DNA of 64,000 nt from the sequence record NC_100327.1. One strand, written 5' to 3'. Each line of letters starts with the position of its first letter. Within the stretch, counting starts at the first letter, position 1. This DNA comes from a phage. The notes below the pieces were generated by a model that was given only the letters and a program-made list of their open reading frames with translations, did not search any database and was not told the origin of the DNA. A program made the translations under genes and the position numbers. Positions 45,471 through 55,308 of this stretch are shown in pieces.

Positions 45471-45496
45471 ATAAAATAAAGGGGGCCGGAGCCCCC
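45471..45496 (-). terminator. rho-independent terminator
   Basis: GGGGGC-UCCG-GCCCCC hairpin followed by UUUAUUUUAU on minus RNA, downstream of tape-measure stop. Confidence 0.55.
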
Positions 45497-45507
45497 TGCA
45501 CAGTTTA

Positions 45508-47844
45508 TTACCAAAGGTCGGTAGACATGAAGTTGATATCTTTATTGTTCTCCCACTCAAGTTTTGCATCAAATATTTTGTTAAACTCACCCTCATCTAT
45601 TGAAATCGTGATTTTCCCATCACTGATCTCTAAAGGTAGCATTTCCATAGTTCTTAATTGAGAAGCAAAACCAGGGCCACCCGGCAACGGAAGAGTCCCG
45701 CCCGGTAAGGTGTCCAAAGGATTAACAAACCCGTTACCTCCCGATATGATATCTTTGCGAATCATATCGCTGATAGTATCCAGCTGCTGATTTCTTTCAC
45801 TTAGTGGGTTGTAACGGTCATTAAATAATTCCCCGGCGCTTAGTATTGTACCGATAATGCCCAGCTTACCGAGCAGACCAACTTTGCCACCAGGTGTCTT
45901 GAGGCCACCTCCACCTTTTCCTGCCGGAGCTCCACCACCAGATCCTTCTGTAGTAGCGGCACCCGCTGCTCCAGCTGCACCTCTTAGAGAGTTAAGGAAT
46001 TTAAAGGTTTTTACAAGCATGGATGCCATGACAAAACCTTTTGTTAGGGCGTTGACTACCAGCATGATGGCAGCAGCAAACCCTGCCCATTTAGCATAGC
46101 TAAAGGTGTCATGAAGCTCTTCAGAATATTCCTTCGTCTTAGCTGTTATGAATCCCCATTTAATCCCCCATTCAAGGAAAAACATGCGGATCTTGACTAT
46201 AGTGTTGTTTAGTTCACCAACTACCCAGTTAAGGCCTCTCACAAACCCGCTAACAAAATCACCAGAGGCATCCCACACAAATTGCAGAGTCTCACCCGTG
46301 CGGATCAGTGTATAATAGAACTCTGTTAGTTCGTCAGACCAACGGGTGAACAGTTTCTGACGAGTCAGTTCGATGAAGGTTTTCAGTCTGTTTTCTGCCA
46401 GCACGTTAGACTTCTGCATTCTTTCATAACCAGCTGCAGATGCCTCGTTCATGTACTTAGCCACATACTTCATGATCTTGGCTGTTTTAACCTCACCTTT
46501 CTTCATCATGTCCATGAACTGATCCATGGAGAGTTCAGAAAGACCAAAAGCCTCTTTGGTGGCCTTGATAAAAGGTTCGTATGCACCAGGCAATGCTTCA
46601 GCAAGTTGTTGCTTCAGTTCTTCGGACATTACTTGTCCTTTCCCAAGCATCTGTTGGATTGCCATAATACCGCGCTGGTATTTTACCTCATCGGCACCAT
46701 AAGCAGCAGCATACTGTGAGTATGCAGAAAACAGCTCATGCACTTCCTGATTTGTCATCTGGTTTTTGGCGTTTACCGACATCTGGGCGTAACCTTGAAG
46801 ACCAGATTTGAGATCAAAACCAAGACGCATAGCCTCTTGCTGGACAAACGCAACCTCACTGTTGGCTTTGTTTGGATCTCCAGTAACAGCAGTAAGAGCA
46901 GCACTTGCCCCCTCCATCATGTGACCGGATCTGTTAACCGCAGCAAATCCAGAAAAAGCTGTATACGCAGCTGTTGCATTAATAACAGATCTACGTAAGT
47001 CTCTCATGGCATCGCCTAGTGTAAGCGTTTGGCTGGTGGCGCTTTTAAACCCAGACTGCAGCGCTGACAGGTGGGCGTTAAAGGTTGACTTCTTCATCTC
47101 CCCGCGAGCAAACCTGGACTCTAACTCTGAGTATCCTGGCAAGCTTCCACGGAATCCGGCCCCATACTTGGCAGAAAGTCTTATCGCGGAGTTGTAGAGG
47201 TGGGTTCTCCTTGCCTCACGATCCGACATAAGCCTATTATCCATACCAGCTTTACTGTCTCTTCTTAGCTGTCTATGATAACGATTCATAGCGGCTGTCT
47301 GAGCTTTCACAAGGTTAGGGTCGGAAGCTACACCACCCATATTAGGGTTACCGGGGATATATTTGAAAGCTTTGGCATTAGCCAGAACTCTTGCCTTAGG
47401 TGCCTTATAACCGCCGTAAGACACTGGTGCAGATTTGGCAGCCTTTTTGGCCTCTTTAGCTTGCTGCTGGTAGAACTTACGCATCCTAGCCATTTCTGGA
47501 TTTTTAGCGGTAAGATTACCTACAGCTTGTTTACGTCTCGCATTCTCCCTACGTTCTATTGCAGCCCTTACTGCAGCCTCTTTCTTGGCCTGTGCTACGC
47601 TCTCTCTGTGCAGTTTAGCATTTGCCTGAGATTGCTGTCTGGCAACCCTCTGCATTGTCTGCTGGGTTTTAACAGCTACCGCCTGCCATCTACTCATGGG
47701 GTTGGCTGAGTTAAAATCCTCGCCCAGTTTCCTGAACTCCCTCCCAATACTGCGAATTTTCTCTACAGCTTTTTTGTAGGAGGAGTTCTCTATCTCAAAG
47801 CCAATCTTGTTGACTGTTGTGGCAACTATTTTGTTTGTAGCCAT
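45508..47844 (-). CDS. tail tape measure protein
   Basis: 778 aa, helical Ala/Gln/Lys-rich N-terminal half, Gly-rich C-terminal region GAAGAATTEGSGGGAPAGKGGGG; follows tube-chaperone genes. Confidence 0.7.
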   Translation of the reverse strand: MATNKIVATTVNKIGFEIENSSYKKAVEKIRSIGREFRKLGEDFNSANPMSRWQAVAVKTQQTMQRVARQQSQANAKLHRESVAQAKKEAAVRAAIERRENARRKQAVGNLTAKNPEMARMRKFYQQQAKEAKKAAKSAPVSYGGYKAPKARVLANAKAFKYIPGNPNMGGVASDPNLVKAQTAAMNRYHRQLRRDSKAGMDNRLMSDREARRTHLYNSAIRLSAKYGAGFRGSLPGYSELESRFARGEMKKSTFNAHLSALQSGFKSATSQTLTLGDAMRDLRRSVINATAAYTAFSGFAAVNRSGHMMEGASAALTAVTGDPNKANSEVAFVQQEAMRLGFDLKSGLQGYAQMSVNAKNQMTNQEVHELFSAYSQYAAAYGADEVKYQRGIMAIQQMLGKGQVMSEELKQQLAEALPGAYEPFIKATKEAFGLSELSMDQFMDMMKKGEVKTAKIMKYVAKYMNEASAAGYERMQKSNVLAENRLKTFIELTRQKLFTRWSDELTEFYYTLIRTGETLQFVWDASGDFVSGFVRGLNWVVGELNNTIVKIRMFFLEWGIKWGFITAKTKEYSEELHDTFSYAKWAGFAAAIMLVVNALTKGFVMASMLVKTFKFLNSLRGAAGAAGAATTEGSGGGAPAGKGGGGLKTPGGKVGLLGKLGIIGTILSAGELFNDRYNPLSERNQQLDTISDMIRKDIISGGNGFVNPLDTLPGGTLPLPGGPGFASQLRTMEMLPLEISDGKITISIDEGEFNKIFDAKLEWENNKDINFMSTDLW

Positions 47845-47855
47845 GGTTTCCTCAT

Positions 47856-47893
47856 AATAAAAAGGGCCAGATCCCAGAAAAGGAATCCGGCCC
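47856..47893 (-). terminator. strong hairpin plus U-run immediately upstream of tape-measure RBS (attenuator-type terminator)
   Basis: 12-bp stem with G-U pairs only on the minus transcript, then CCCUUUUUAUUAUGAGGAAACC-AUG. Confidence 0.45.
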
Positions 47894-47898
47894 TTAGA

Positions 47899-48147
47899 TT
47901 ATCCTCTCCTGCGCTTAGCTTTCGCAGCAGCTGCGGCAGCCTTCTGCTCCCGCTCCATTTCCCTGTTTTGGACGGTATCTAGGAATTCTTCGATATCAAG
48001 ATACTCACAGAGCTTCAGGAAATACGCCATATCTGCAAGATTTAGCGATTCAAAATTTTCCCCTTTGAAATTCTTGAGCACCCTACACCAAAGAAAGTCG
48101 AACCAGTTGAGTGAACTGTTCTTGGCTGCCCACTCACTGGCCCTCAC
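47899..48147 (-). CDS. possible frameshift extension of tail assembly chaperone (gpT-like part) or separate small protein
   Basis: 82-aa ORF in -1 frame relative to chaperone, frame open across the chaperone stop; gene order tube-chaperone-extension-tape measure. Confidence 0.4.
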   Translation of the reverse strand: MRASEWAAKNSSLNWFDFLWCRVLKNFKGENFESLNLADMAYFLKLCEYLDIEEFLDTVQNREMEREQKAAAAAAKAKRRRG

Positions 48148-48158
48148 AACAACCTTGC

Positions 48159-48632
48159 TTATTCCTGCTCTTCCGGAGTCTGATCCAGGTTGTTCACCTG
48201 CTGAATCATACCCATCTGCTGTAACATCTCCAGAAGGCTTCCTAAACCGTCTTGTGTGAAAAAACAGCCGTAGTTAACCTCCAGAACCTTACCTGCCAGC
48301 TTAATCATCTCCAGCAGATGCCCTGCAAACACAACATCTGGGTTAAGCTTATCCACACCATCTACGGTAATATCTTCGAACAAGATTTTAAATAACTCTT
48401 CAATAGAGCTATCATCAAGTTCTTGGAACAGGTAAGCCAGAGCAGTAGGAAGGACCTCTGCCATATTCTGACCACCAGAGATAATAGATCCACCGATAGC
48501 ACCTAGCGGGACAGCCACAATCTTACCGATTTTAGGCATGTTTTTCATTGCTTTCATCGGTCCCCAGTGGGTGATCACAAAGTTGTGCCCTGCTAAATCA
48601 ATCTCTGTTGTAGGTCTAAAGTTTATAGCCAT
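48159..48632 (-). CDS. tail assembly chaperone (gpG-like)
   Basis: 157 aa, acidic C-terminus, between tube and tape-measure genes. Confidence 0.5.
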   Translation of the reverse strand: MAINFRPTTEIDLAGHNFVITHWGPMKAMKNMPKIGKIVAVPLGAIGGSIISGGQNMAEVLPTALAYLFQELDDSSIEELFKILFEDITVDGVDKLNPDVVFAGHLLEMIKLAGKVLEVNYGCFFTQDGLGSLLEMLQQMGMIQQVNNLDQTPEEQE

Positions 48633-48744
48633 TTTATAGCATCCTTATTAGTCATGTTGTGCACCATATTTGTGTATTTTACCATGATTATGGTGCATTG
48701 TCAATTTAACCTTTCAAGCAATTCAAGAACGTGTGTCAAAACCA

Positions 48745-48776
48745 TAAAAGCAAAAAGCCCCACCCGAAGGTGAGGC
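48745..48776 (-). terminator. rho-independent terminator after tube gene
   Basis: GCCUCACC-UUCG-GGUGGGGC hairpin followed by UUUUUGCUUUUAU on minus RNA. Confidence 0.55.
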
Positions 48777-48794
48777 TTATGCTAAAGTGTGCCC

Positions 48795-49268
48795 TTAGAT
48801 AATACCTGCAAGACCTGCGAGGCCAGTAAGAGCACCAGTGATGTTATCACGGTTGAGCCATGCATCCAGAATACCGATATCCCAGTCCAGCTGACCTACT
48901 TCGGTTCCGTAAGTCAGGTCAGGCTGTTTCTGGATCCAACCAATTGTGGAAATACCAGGACCCTGGCTACCTTCCAGCAGAACTGGGAAGAATACCAGAC
49001 CAGTAATCGATGCCTGTTTCTGCCAGTCAGAAAGGTAAGCGTTCCATACAGAAGTGTTCTGCAAAGATACAGTCATAACACCAGATTGGTTACGAGACAG
49101 GGCCGCAGACATTTCGCCATCCACACCGACGTGAGGGTAGATGTTGTCTTCGTTTCTTGAAACAACGATCTTGGTGTCAGCAGCGAAGCCAGTGACACGC
49201 TGCTGCATCAGGTACAGTTTGACCTTTTTAGGGTCATACGCATAAGGAGTTAAAATTTGAGTTTCCAT
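48795..49268 (-). CDS. tail tube protein
   Basis: 157 aa directly downstream of the putative sheath gene. Confidence 0.5.
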   Translation of the reverse strand: METQILTPYAYDPKKVKLYLMQQRVTGFAADTKIVVSRNEDNIYPHVGVDGEMSAALSRNQSGVMTVSLQNTSVWNAYLSDWQKQASITGLVFFPVLLEGSQGPGISTIGWIQKQPDLTYGTEVGQLDWDIGILDAWLNRDNITGALTGLAGLAGII

Positions 49269-49278
49269 CTAGTCTTCC

Positions 49279-50655
49279 TTATTCAGTCATTGCAACAGCA
49301 TTGGTGGATTTAGAACCAACTTTGTCCAGAAGAACGTTGATCCGGATACGAACGAAGTGCAGGGCGTTGTTATACACCAGTTCCACTTTCACACCTTCCA
49401 GAACACGAGCAGCCAACTGATTGGTTGGGATTTCTGCACGTTTAGGAACTGTGATGATCGGGTCGTAGAATACATTATTGTCTTCGTCGAAACCTGTCAG
49501 GATCGCACCATTCTTAATGCCAGTGTTGATTGGGTTGTTCATCAGGACAGACTTGATAACCGGAAGATCATCATCAGACATCTTCATGCTTAAACCCATG
49601 TTGGAGCGACGATGCATGTACCCAAACATAGATTCTTCAGATCTGAACTTGATCCAGTGTGCAAAACGAATAGCGTCTGCATACTGACCTGAAGCACACT
49701 TACCTTCCCAGAAAGCGCCAACACCGTTAATCATTCTGTAGAAGTTAACGTGGTTTTCCCAAATAGCCATACGCTGAGTTAAAGTCAGAGACGGTGCAAT
49801 CACACCTGGCATCTGTTTTAAGTGCAAGCTGTCGCCGTAAGACGGATCGTTGGATGCCATAGCACCTATGATACCACCCTCCGGGAAGTCCTTATCTGCG
49901 CGAGGATCGTACATGCCGACACTGTCATATTGTGCAGCTTTCAGTTTGGTGGCGATGTTATTATCTTTACCAGTCACATCTTCTGCAGTAGAGTAGACGT
50001 GCAGCTTGTAGTTGGCCTGAGCCCACTTAGCACATGCTTCAATGTCGGTGTGGTCTTCATGGCACAGGAAGTACCAATTGTCCCGCTCAGCATTGATCTT
50101 ATCAACTACTGTAGAAGGTTTTTCAGCATTGGCGATATTTTTAATTGTATAGTTACCAGTATGATAACCTACAGTGCAGTCACCAGTGATGGTGATAACA
50201 CCGTCTTCAGCCGCTACAGTGATATCGTCCAAGTTATCATCTGCTTCGATTTTAGTCTTCATGGACTCTGCGATCTGAGTTGCAGCTGTCCCACCAGAGA
50301 TAGGAACTATCAAAGAGGTATTGTAGCCACCTTTTGCAATAGTCATTACTACATCGGTATCAGCTGCGGCAGCAATACCTTTAAAATCTACAGTGGTTTT
50401 TTCTTTGGCCTGTCTGCCGATCATAACATATTGTGGAGGGAATACACCACCAAAAGCTTTTGCTGCAAACTCATACGCTGCAGAGCCTTGTGCGAAACCA
50501 TCTTCCACCATCTGATCCAGCTCCGCATATACGCGAGCTCGCTCAGTAAAGTTGTTGTGGATAGCGATGAACAGGGGAGTTTCGAAACCTACAGTGTCAA
50601 TAGGTTGGGTTCCGAGGTTAACTGTAACATCTACCACTTTATCTAAATATGGCAT
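49279..50655 (-). CDS. tail sheath protein (putative)
   Basis: 458 aa, positioned sheath-tube-chaperone-tape measure as in contractile-tail phages. Confidence 0.5.
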   Translation of the reverse strand: MPYLDKVVDVTVNLGTQPIDTVGFETPLFIAIHNNFTERARVYAELDQMVEDGFAQGSAAYEFAAKAFGGVFPPQYVMIGRQAKEKTTVDFKGIAAAADTDVVMTIAKGGYNTSLIVPISGGTAATQIAESMKTKIEADDNLDDITVAAEDGVITITGDCTVGYHTGNYTIKNIANAEKPSTVVDKINAERDNWYFLCHEDHTDIEACAKWAQANYKLHVYSTAEDVTGKDNNIATKLKAAQYDSVGMYDPRADKDFPEGGIIGAMASNDPSYGDSLHLKQMPGVIAPSLTLTQRMAIWENHVNFYRMINGVGAFWEGKCASGQYADAIRFAHWIKFRSEESMFGYMHRRSNMGLSMKMSDDDLPVIKSVLMNNPINTGIKNGAILTGFDEDNNVFYDPIITVPKRAEIPTNQLAARVLEGVKVELVYNNALHFVRIRINVLLDKVGSKSTNAVAMTE

Positions 50656-50727
50656 TTGTTTCCTCTTAATATCTGTGCACGGATATCAAACACGCAGTGT
50701 AATCATTACACTACACAATTATAACGA

Positions 50728-51279
50728 TTACTGACCACTGTCTGTAACCGATTTATCAGAATTGGGTGAAGGGAAGTGTGTGGTTATTTCAGCCTTAATT
50801 CCCTGAAGATCCTCAAAAGCCCCAATGTCTGTCTCAACAAACCTTACGTTAAATGTCAGCATTACCGTGGCTCTATTTTCATACGTCTGCTTATTCAACG
50901 GCACTCTTTGAGGTGAGATTGTTGAATTGTTAGAGTAGGCAAAGCACGATCCCAGAGGGAAATACTTGTCATAAAACATTGGAAGGTTTATTGCTTGCAA
51001 TACTCTGCTAAGTGCAGCATATGCCCTGCCGCGATAAGCTGTTAACAGATAAGTAACAGTGTAACTGTGGGTGACGTAAGCATTACCTTCCGCATCTTGA
51101 AACTCATTATCTTCCCAAGTGGTGGGATTGATCGCCAGGGTTTGCAAAAGTACAAACTCACCTTCCGGCTTCGGTATGGTAGAGCTTTCTGCCAGAACTA
51201 CAGTTCTTCCTGTGGCAACCTTGACAAGCTTAGCGATGGTTGTTTCAAGATCAGAAAAAACTTTTTCGAAAGCTTCCAT
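50728..51279 (-). CDS. tail completion / neck protein
   Basis: 183-aa ORF between head and tail modules. Confidence 0.35.
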   Translation of the reverse strand: MEAFEKVFSDLETTIAKLVKVATGRTVVLAESSTIPKPEGEFVLLQTLAINPTTWEDNEFQDAEGNAYVTHSYTVTYLLTAYRGRAYAALSRVLQAINLPMFYDKYFPLGSCFAYSNNSTISPQRVPLNKQTYENRATVMLTFNVRFVETDIGAFEDLQGIKAEITTHFPSPNSDKSVTDSGQ

Positions 51280-51704
51280 CAGTTTTCTCCTTCAGGCTCT
51301 TCTACCACAAAAAATCTATATCTTCCACCACCAGACGTGACATAAGCATCACATTTTAAAACGGTAAACCACTTCAGGTCACCACGGATGTCGGGCAGTT
51401 GAATTTGATCAGCCATTGCATATGTTCCTTCGTCTGGACTATACAACTTGGTTGAGGAGTAAACTGTAAAAGCCTCGTACTGTCTGTCACCCTCAGGATT
51501 TATCTGGGAGGAGTAATCTTTAGCTGCCCTTCCTGTCAACGGCTGCACAACACACTCTAAGACATCAAACTCTTCATACTCAAGTTCTAACCCCTCGTTA
51601 GCAAAAGGACCACCAACTGTTTTGTTATACACTCTGTGGCGACCTTTGAATGTTTTACGGGGTATTAGCCTGTTCTTTCCTATCAGCTTATAACCTGCTG
51701 CCAC
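51279..51704 (-). CDS. neck / head-tail joining protein
   Basis: 141-aa ORF, start overlaps downstream gene. Confidence 0.35.
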   Translation of the reverse strand: MAAGYKLIGKNRLIPRKTFKGRHRVYNKTVGGPFANEGLELEYEEFDVLECVVQPLTGRAAKDYSSQINPEGDRQYEAFTVYSSTKLYSPDEGTYAMADQIQLPDIRGDLKWFTVLKCDAYVTSGGGRYRFFVVEEPEGEN

Positions 51705-51713
51705 TCAACCCCC

Positions 51714-52190
51714 TTATTTTTGCTGTCCAATTTTAAAGGTTGCAGATTCCAGCAGCACATCGTAATGCCGCATAGCCTCGTTGAAGCCCTTCTCTTGTGC
51801 CCACTGCTCACTAACAGTAGGGTTACTAAACTGACCAGCCTCAATAACAAACTGGATAGCTTTGGCCCCTGTGTCCCCCATCTGCTTAAGAATAGCCTCT
51901 GCACTTGATCCTCTAGCCATAGCTCTCAACAATTTTTCTGTCAAGGTCTGTAGTTGAGTGCTGTGAAATGCAAAAGCTGTCTCCATGAAATTGCGAACAG
52001 GCAGCCCGTTCCAACCGAAGTTGTGAATGGCTGCCAATGTTGCCATATTTAAGCCTGACGGGTGAGGTTCGTCATAAAAGCCGTAGGTTATTGTTTTACT
52101 TTCAAGTCTCACAAGTTCTTTGTAGAAGCGATCTAAACGCTTTAGGTTGAACCTTGTTTGACATTTAACCTTTAGCATTATATCCCTCAC
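51714..52190 (-). CDS. head-tail connector protein
   Basis: 158-aa ORF in connector region. Confidence 0.35.
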   Translation of the reverse strand: MRDIMLKVKCQTRFNLKRLDRFYKELVRLESKTITYGFYDEPHPSGLNMATLAAIHNFGWNGLPVRNFMETAFAFHSTQLQTLTEKLLRAMARGSSAEAILKQMGDTGAKAIQFVIEAGQFSNPTVSEQWAQEKGFNEAMRHYDVLLESATFKIGQQK

Positions 52191-52231
52191 TAATGTATTT
52201 TACCACAAAGATACATCAAAAGCAACAATTT

Positions 52232-52852
52232 TTAAAAACTGCGTTTGCGTCTTGGGTGGCGAGGAGGTTGGTTATTTAGACCGCTGATAGGTGTAATCCC
52301 CTGGACATCGAACGGTCCGTTGCTGTTTTCATTAAATTTAACCCGAATTCCTTCGTCTACACGAACACCACCAATGATAATCATTCTGCTGTAAGCATCT
52401 AGCTCAGAATCTACATAGTCTGGGTGTGCCAGCAGCCAATCAAGGAAATCCTTCCATTGGGCGTAGGAAGATCCACCACGAATCTCTATGGTCTCATCAC
52501 CTATTTTTTCCAGACGGGAAGTTATACTTGCATTACCGCTGGACACTTCCTGCATCATCAGCCACCGCACAAGCTGCACAAGCACATTGTACTTAAGTAG
52601 AGGTAGCTTATCAGGATCTGCCGGATAATTTAGTTTCAACTTCTCCATGTCAAGGAATGTTTTAATTACCTCATCAGGGAGGGTTTCCTCATCAACATTG
52701 CCAAGCAACAACCTCATAATATTAATAAGAGGTTGGTCTGGATCAGGTTCCGGAGGTACAGGATCTTCTTTTGGTGGTTCTTCTGGGGTATCGACTACAC
52801 CATCATGGTTAGGCGGTGACGGGATAATCTCTTCATCTTCATACCATGCCAT
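52232..52852 (-). CDS. head-tail adaptor-like hypothetical protein
   Basis: ORF trimmed to ATG 52852 (MAWYEDEE...) with GAGGT RBS, downstream of hairpin at ~52870-52900. Confidence 0.4.
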   Translation of the reverse strand: MAWYEDEEIIPSPPNHDGVVDTPEEPPKEDPVPPEPDPDQPLINIMRLLLGNVDEETLPDEVIKTFLDMEKLKLNYPADPDKLPLLKYNVLVQLVRWLMMQEVSSGNASITSRLEKIGDETIEIRGGSSYAQWKDFLDWLLAHPDYVDSELDAYSRMIIIGGVRVDEGIRVKFNENSNGPFDVQGITPISGLNNQPPRHPRRKRSF

Positions 52853-52911
52853 TTGAAAATACCTCGTAAAAATAAAGCCCCATTCCTGATTTGGAAGGGG
52901 CCTTAACAAAA

Positions 52912-53757
52912 TTATGCCAGTGCAGCCTCAAAATCTTTCATCATATTTTGGAAAGTTTTTGCCTTACTTAAGATAACACCGTGCTCTTTGGCGAAGGTTT
53001 GGAGTGCATCTTTTGAACCACTTTTGTCATCTTCGTTGTTAAGAGCTGCGGCCTGCTGCAGTATGGCATCAACATCACTGCGAGAAGATCTTGATTCTTG
53101 TGCCTGTTCAGGATCCTGCTCAGTGCCTCCCGGTGCAGCCGGATCTGGGGATTCTCCACCCCCACCACCTGGTTCAGTAGGACCTACAGGTGGCTCCGGC
53201 TCTGGTTCAGGCAGTGGAGCTACCGTAGAAACCAGCCCAAGATTTACAACCTGAGAACGTTTCTTAGGCCACTCGATGGTGAAAGTTTGGGTATCTTCTT
53301 CATAAACAATGTTGCATTGCTCATCGTTTATGGTCACTTTTTTAGGCATACCTTCAGGGTCCCACAGATGGCCCTCTGCCACGGAAACTTTGAAAGCAGC
53401 ATCTACCTCTTTAAACACTGACGGAGTGAGTGTAATATTGACATCCCCGCTTTGCAGTGTTAAAGTGCTTTCATCAAGGTTCTCTGTGAAGAACAGAAGA
53501 ATAACACCCATACGGATAGTTGAAATACCAGTATCAATTGGCAGGCCTGTGTGTTTTGCAATCTTCTCGAAGAAGTCTACAATCGTTCTACATGGATAGT
53601 GAACACTGCCGATAACGAATTCTGTTGGTGGCAGCAGGGCTGATAAACCAACATTGATTTCTGGATTATATTGTGCTAAAAATTGATAAAAACTTAACTG
53701 ATTGTTGAAAACTCTTAATAGAGGATCATACTCAACTGGGTAGACGGTTCGCTTCAC
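52912..53757 (-). CDS. structural protein with Pro/Gly-rich linker
   Basis: 281 aa; PLPEPEPEPPVGPTEPGGGGG linker; first gene after MCP terminator. Confidence 0.4.
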   Translation of the reverse strand: MKRTVYPVEYDPLLRVFNNQLSFYQFLAQYNPEINVGLSALLPPTEFVIGSVHYPCRTIVDFFEKIAKHTGLPIDTGISTIRMGVILLFFTENLDESTLTLQSGDVNITLTPSVFKEVDAAFKVSVAEGHLWDPEGMPKKVTINDEQCNIVYEEDTQTFTIEWPKKRSQVVNLGLVSTVAPLPEPEPEPPVGPTEPGGGGGESPDPAAPGGTEQDPEQAQESRSSRSDVDAILQQAAALNNEDDKSGSKDALQTFAKEHGVILSKAKTFQNMMKDFEAALA

Positions 53758-53781
53758 GGGACACTCCTGTTAAACCCTAAT

Positions 53782-53815
53782 AAATAAAAAAGGGGAGGGG
53801 GAGAACCCCCTCCCC
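53782..53815 (-). terminator. strong rho-independent terminator after major capsid gene
   Basis: 10-bp GGGGAGGGGG/CCCCCUCCCC stem, AGAA loop, then UUUUUUAUUUAUU on minus RNA. Confidence 0.7.
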
Positions 53816-53839
53816 ATATGGGATGAATCACCTCAGTGA

Positions 53840-54850
53840 TTATTCACCACCTTTCAGAGTTGCTTTAACAACCAGCTCTGGACGGGTGTTAACTGCCAGC
53901 ATGGAAGTTTCAGATTCAATCTTCTCTTCACGCAGGTATGCAGAGTGTTTATACCACATGTACAGTTCCTGTGCTGGAGTGTTTGCTTCGTTAACATCGT
54001 CTGCCGGAGCAAAGTGCAGCTGGAACATCTGATCAATACCCATCGGCAGAATGCGAGCTTCTTTCTTAGGAATATTGCCAGAGATATCTTCGATAAAGGT
54101 GATACCTTTATGCTCAAACACACGGTATACGCTGTCTTGACCGCCAGCACCCAGACGGCGACGCAGAGGTTCCTGAGCAGAGCCGTAATAGGTATATGCC
54201 AGTTCTACCAGCGGGTGATGGGTAATAGCACTGAAGAACTCTGGTGAGCACAGGGCTACAATACGATAGCCAGCTGCGTTATCGCCAGCTTGCAGCGCGA
54301 TGTGCAGACGAGCTTCTTCCAGAACCTCCATAGGATCCTGATCTGCTTTTGCAGGGTCAATCTCAACAGACTTCTGAGACACACCCCACAGAGTGTAGTA
54401 GTCATACTGACAGGTTGTGTCACCAGGTGCATAGGATTTACCCAGAATAGCCTGGAACAGCGCTTTCTCACGCAGTGCTTCATGAGAAACACGGATACGG
54501 CGAACAACGCGGGTTACTACATCCTGAACAGTTTTCGGAGCATCTGGAGTGAAGTAACGACGGAAGTTCTGAACATCTGCTGCGGTGATGCCTTTGTCCA
54601 GAGGGAAGAACGGGATGTTCAGGTTTTTAACCTGAGCACGTTCACTACCAACGTAGTTACGCTCACCACCACGACGGCGTGCCGGAATATCGGTTACAAC
54701 TTCATCAACACGCTCAATCTGAGCAATTGTTGAGGTGCCGAGACGGGTTTCGAACAGATCCATACCAGTAATCAGTCGGAATTGACGCGGAACAAGGTCC
54801 AGAGTAGCACCTAAATCAACAATGCCAAATTCATCTTTACGAGTAATCAT
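53840..54850 (-). CDS. major capsid protein (lambda gpE-like family)
   Basis: 336 aa; preceded by decoration, scaffold, protease and portal genes; followed by strong terminator. Confidence 0.65.
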   Translation of the reverse strand: MITRKDEFGIVDLGATLDLVPRQFRLITGMDLFETRLGTSTIAQIERVDEVVTDIPARRRGGERNYVGSERAQVKNLNIPFFPLDKGITAADVQNFRRYFTPDAPKTVQDVVTRVVRRIRVSHEALREKALFQAILGKSYAPGDTTCQYDYYTLWGVSQKSVEIDPAKADQDPMEVLEEARLHIALQAGDNAAGYRIVALCSPEFFSAITHHPLVELAYTYYGSAQEPLRRRLGAGGQDSVYRVFEHKGITFIEDISGNIPKKEARILPMGIDQMFQLHFAPADDVNEANTPAQELYMWYKHSAYLREEKIESETSMLAVNTRPELVVKATLKGGE

Positions 54851-54898
54851 TTATTTCTCCAAAGTAAAACTTAAATATTTTCCCGAACAATTTAGGAC

Positions 54899-55288
54899 TT
54901 ACTCTTCACCAAGAGTCTGGACGTGAACTTTGTTACCCAGAGCTTCCAGCTTTTCAATAACAGCCTGCTTAGCTGCTTCACCGTTAGACCCCAGCAGCTT
55001 ATCTTTTGCAAAGGTAACACCGTGAACTGCAACAACCAGTTTATATTTCTGACCTGTTTGCAGAGGCTCAGCAAGATGAACTTTTCCTGCATCTTTTACC
55101 AAAGCTCGGTCTACAAGAACACCATAAACGTCTGAGCCATCATCGTTAGCGATAGTGCCAGTTTTTGTTACAACAGTACCAGCATGGTGGTGCTCTGTCA
55201 GTGTAATTTCCATCTCTTTAAAATTGTAGCCAGCATCGCTAGAATCAACTTTGCCGAGCACGATATCAGAATATTGAGCGGTAATCAT
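54899..55288 (-). CDS. head decoration protein (gpD-like)
   Basis: 129 aa between scaffold and major capsid genes. Confidence 0.5.
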   Translation of the reverse strand: MITAQYSDIVLGKVDSSDAGYNFKEMEITLTEHHHAGTVVTKTGTIANDDGSDVYGVLVDRALVKDAGKVHLAEPLQTGQKYKLVVAVHGVTFAKDKLLGSNGEAAKQAVIEKLEALGNKVHVQTLGEE

Positions 55289-55308
55289 TTATTTCCCCCG
55301 TTAATGTC

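Noticed and set aside
49822-50646. 274-codon plus-strand ORF
   Set aside because: Antisense to the putative sheath gene, Cys/Ile/Phe-rich nonsense-like translation, no RBS; treated as a shadow ORF.
49279-50655. Reading the 458-aa protein as a siphovirus major tail (tube) protein
   Set aside because: It is followed by a separate 157-aa tube-sized protein, then chaperone and tape measure, and the region also has a gpV-like spike and wedge-like proteins, which fits a sheath-tube arrangement better; the call remains low-confidence.
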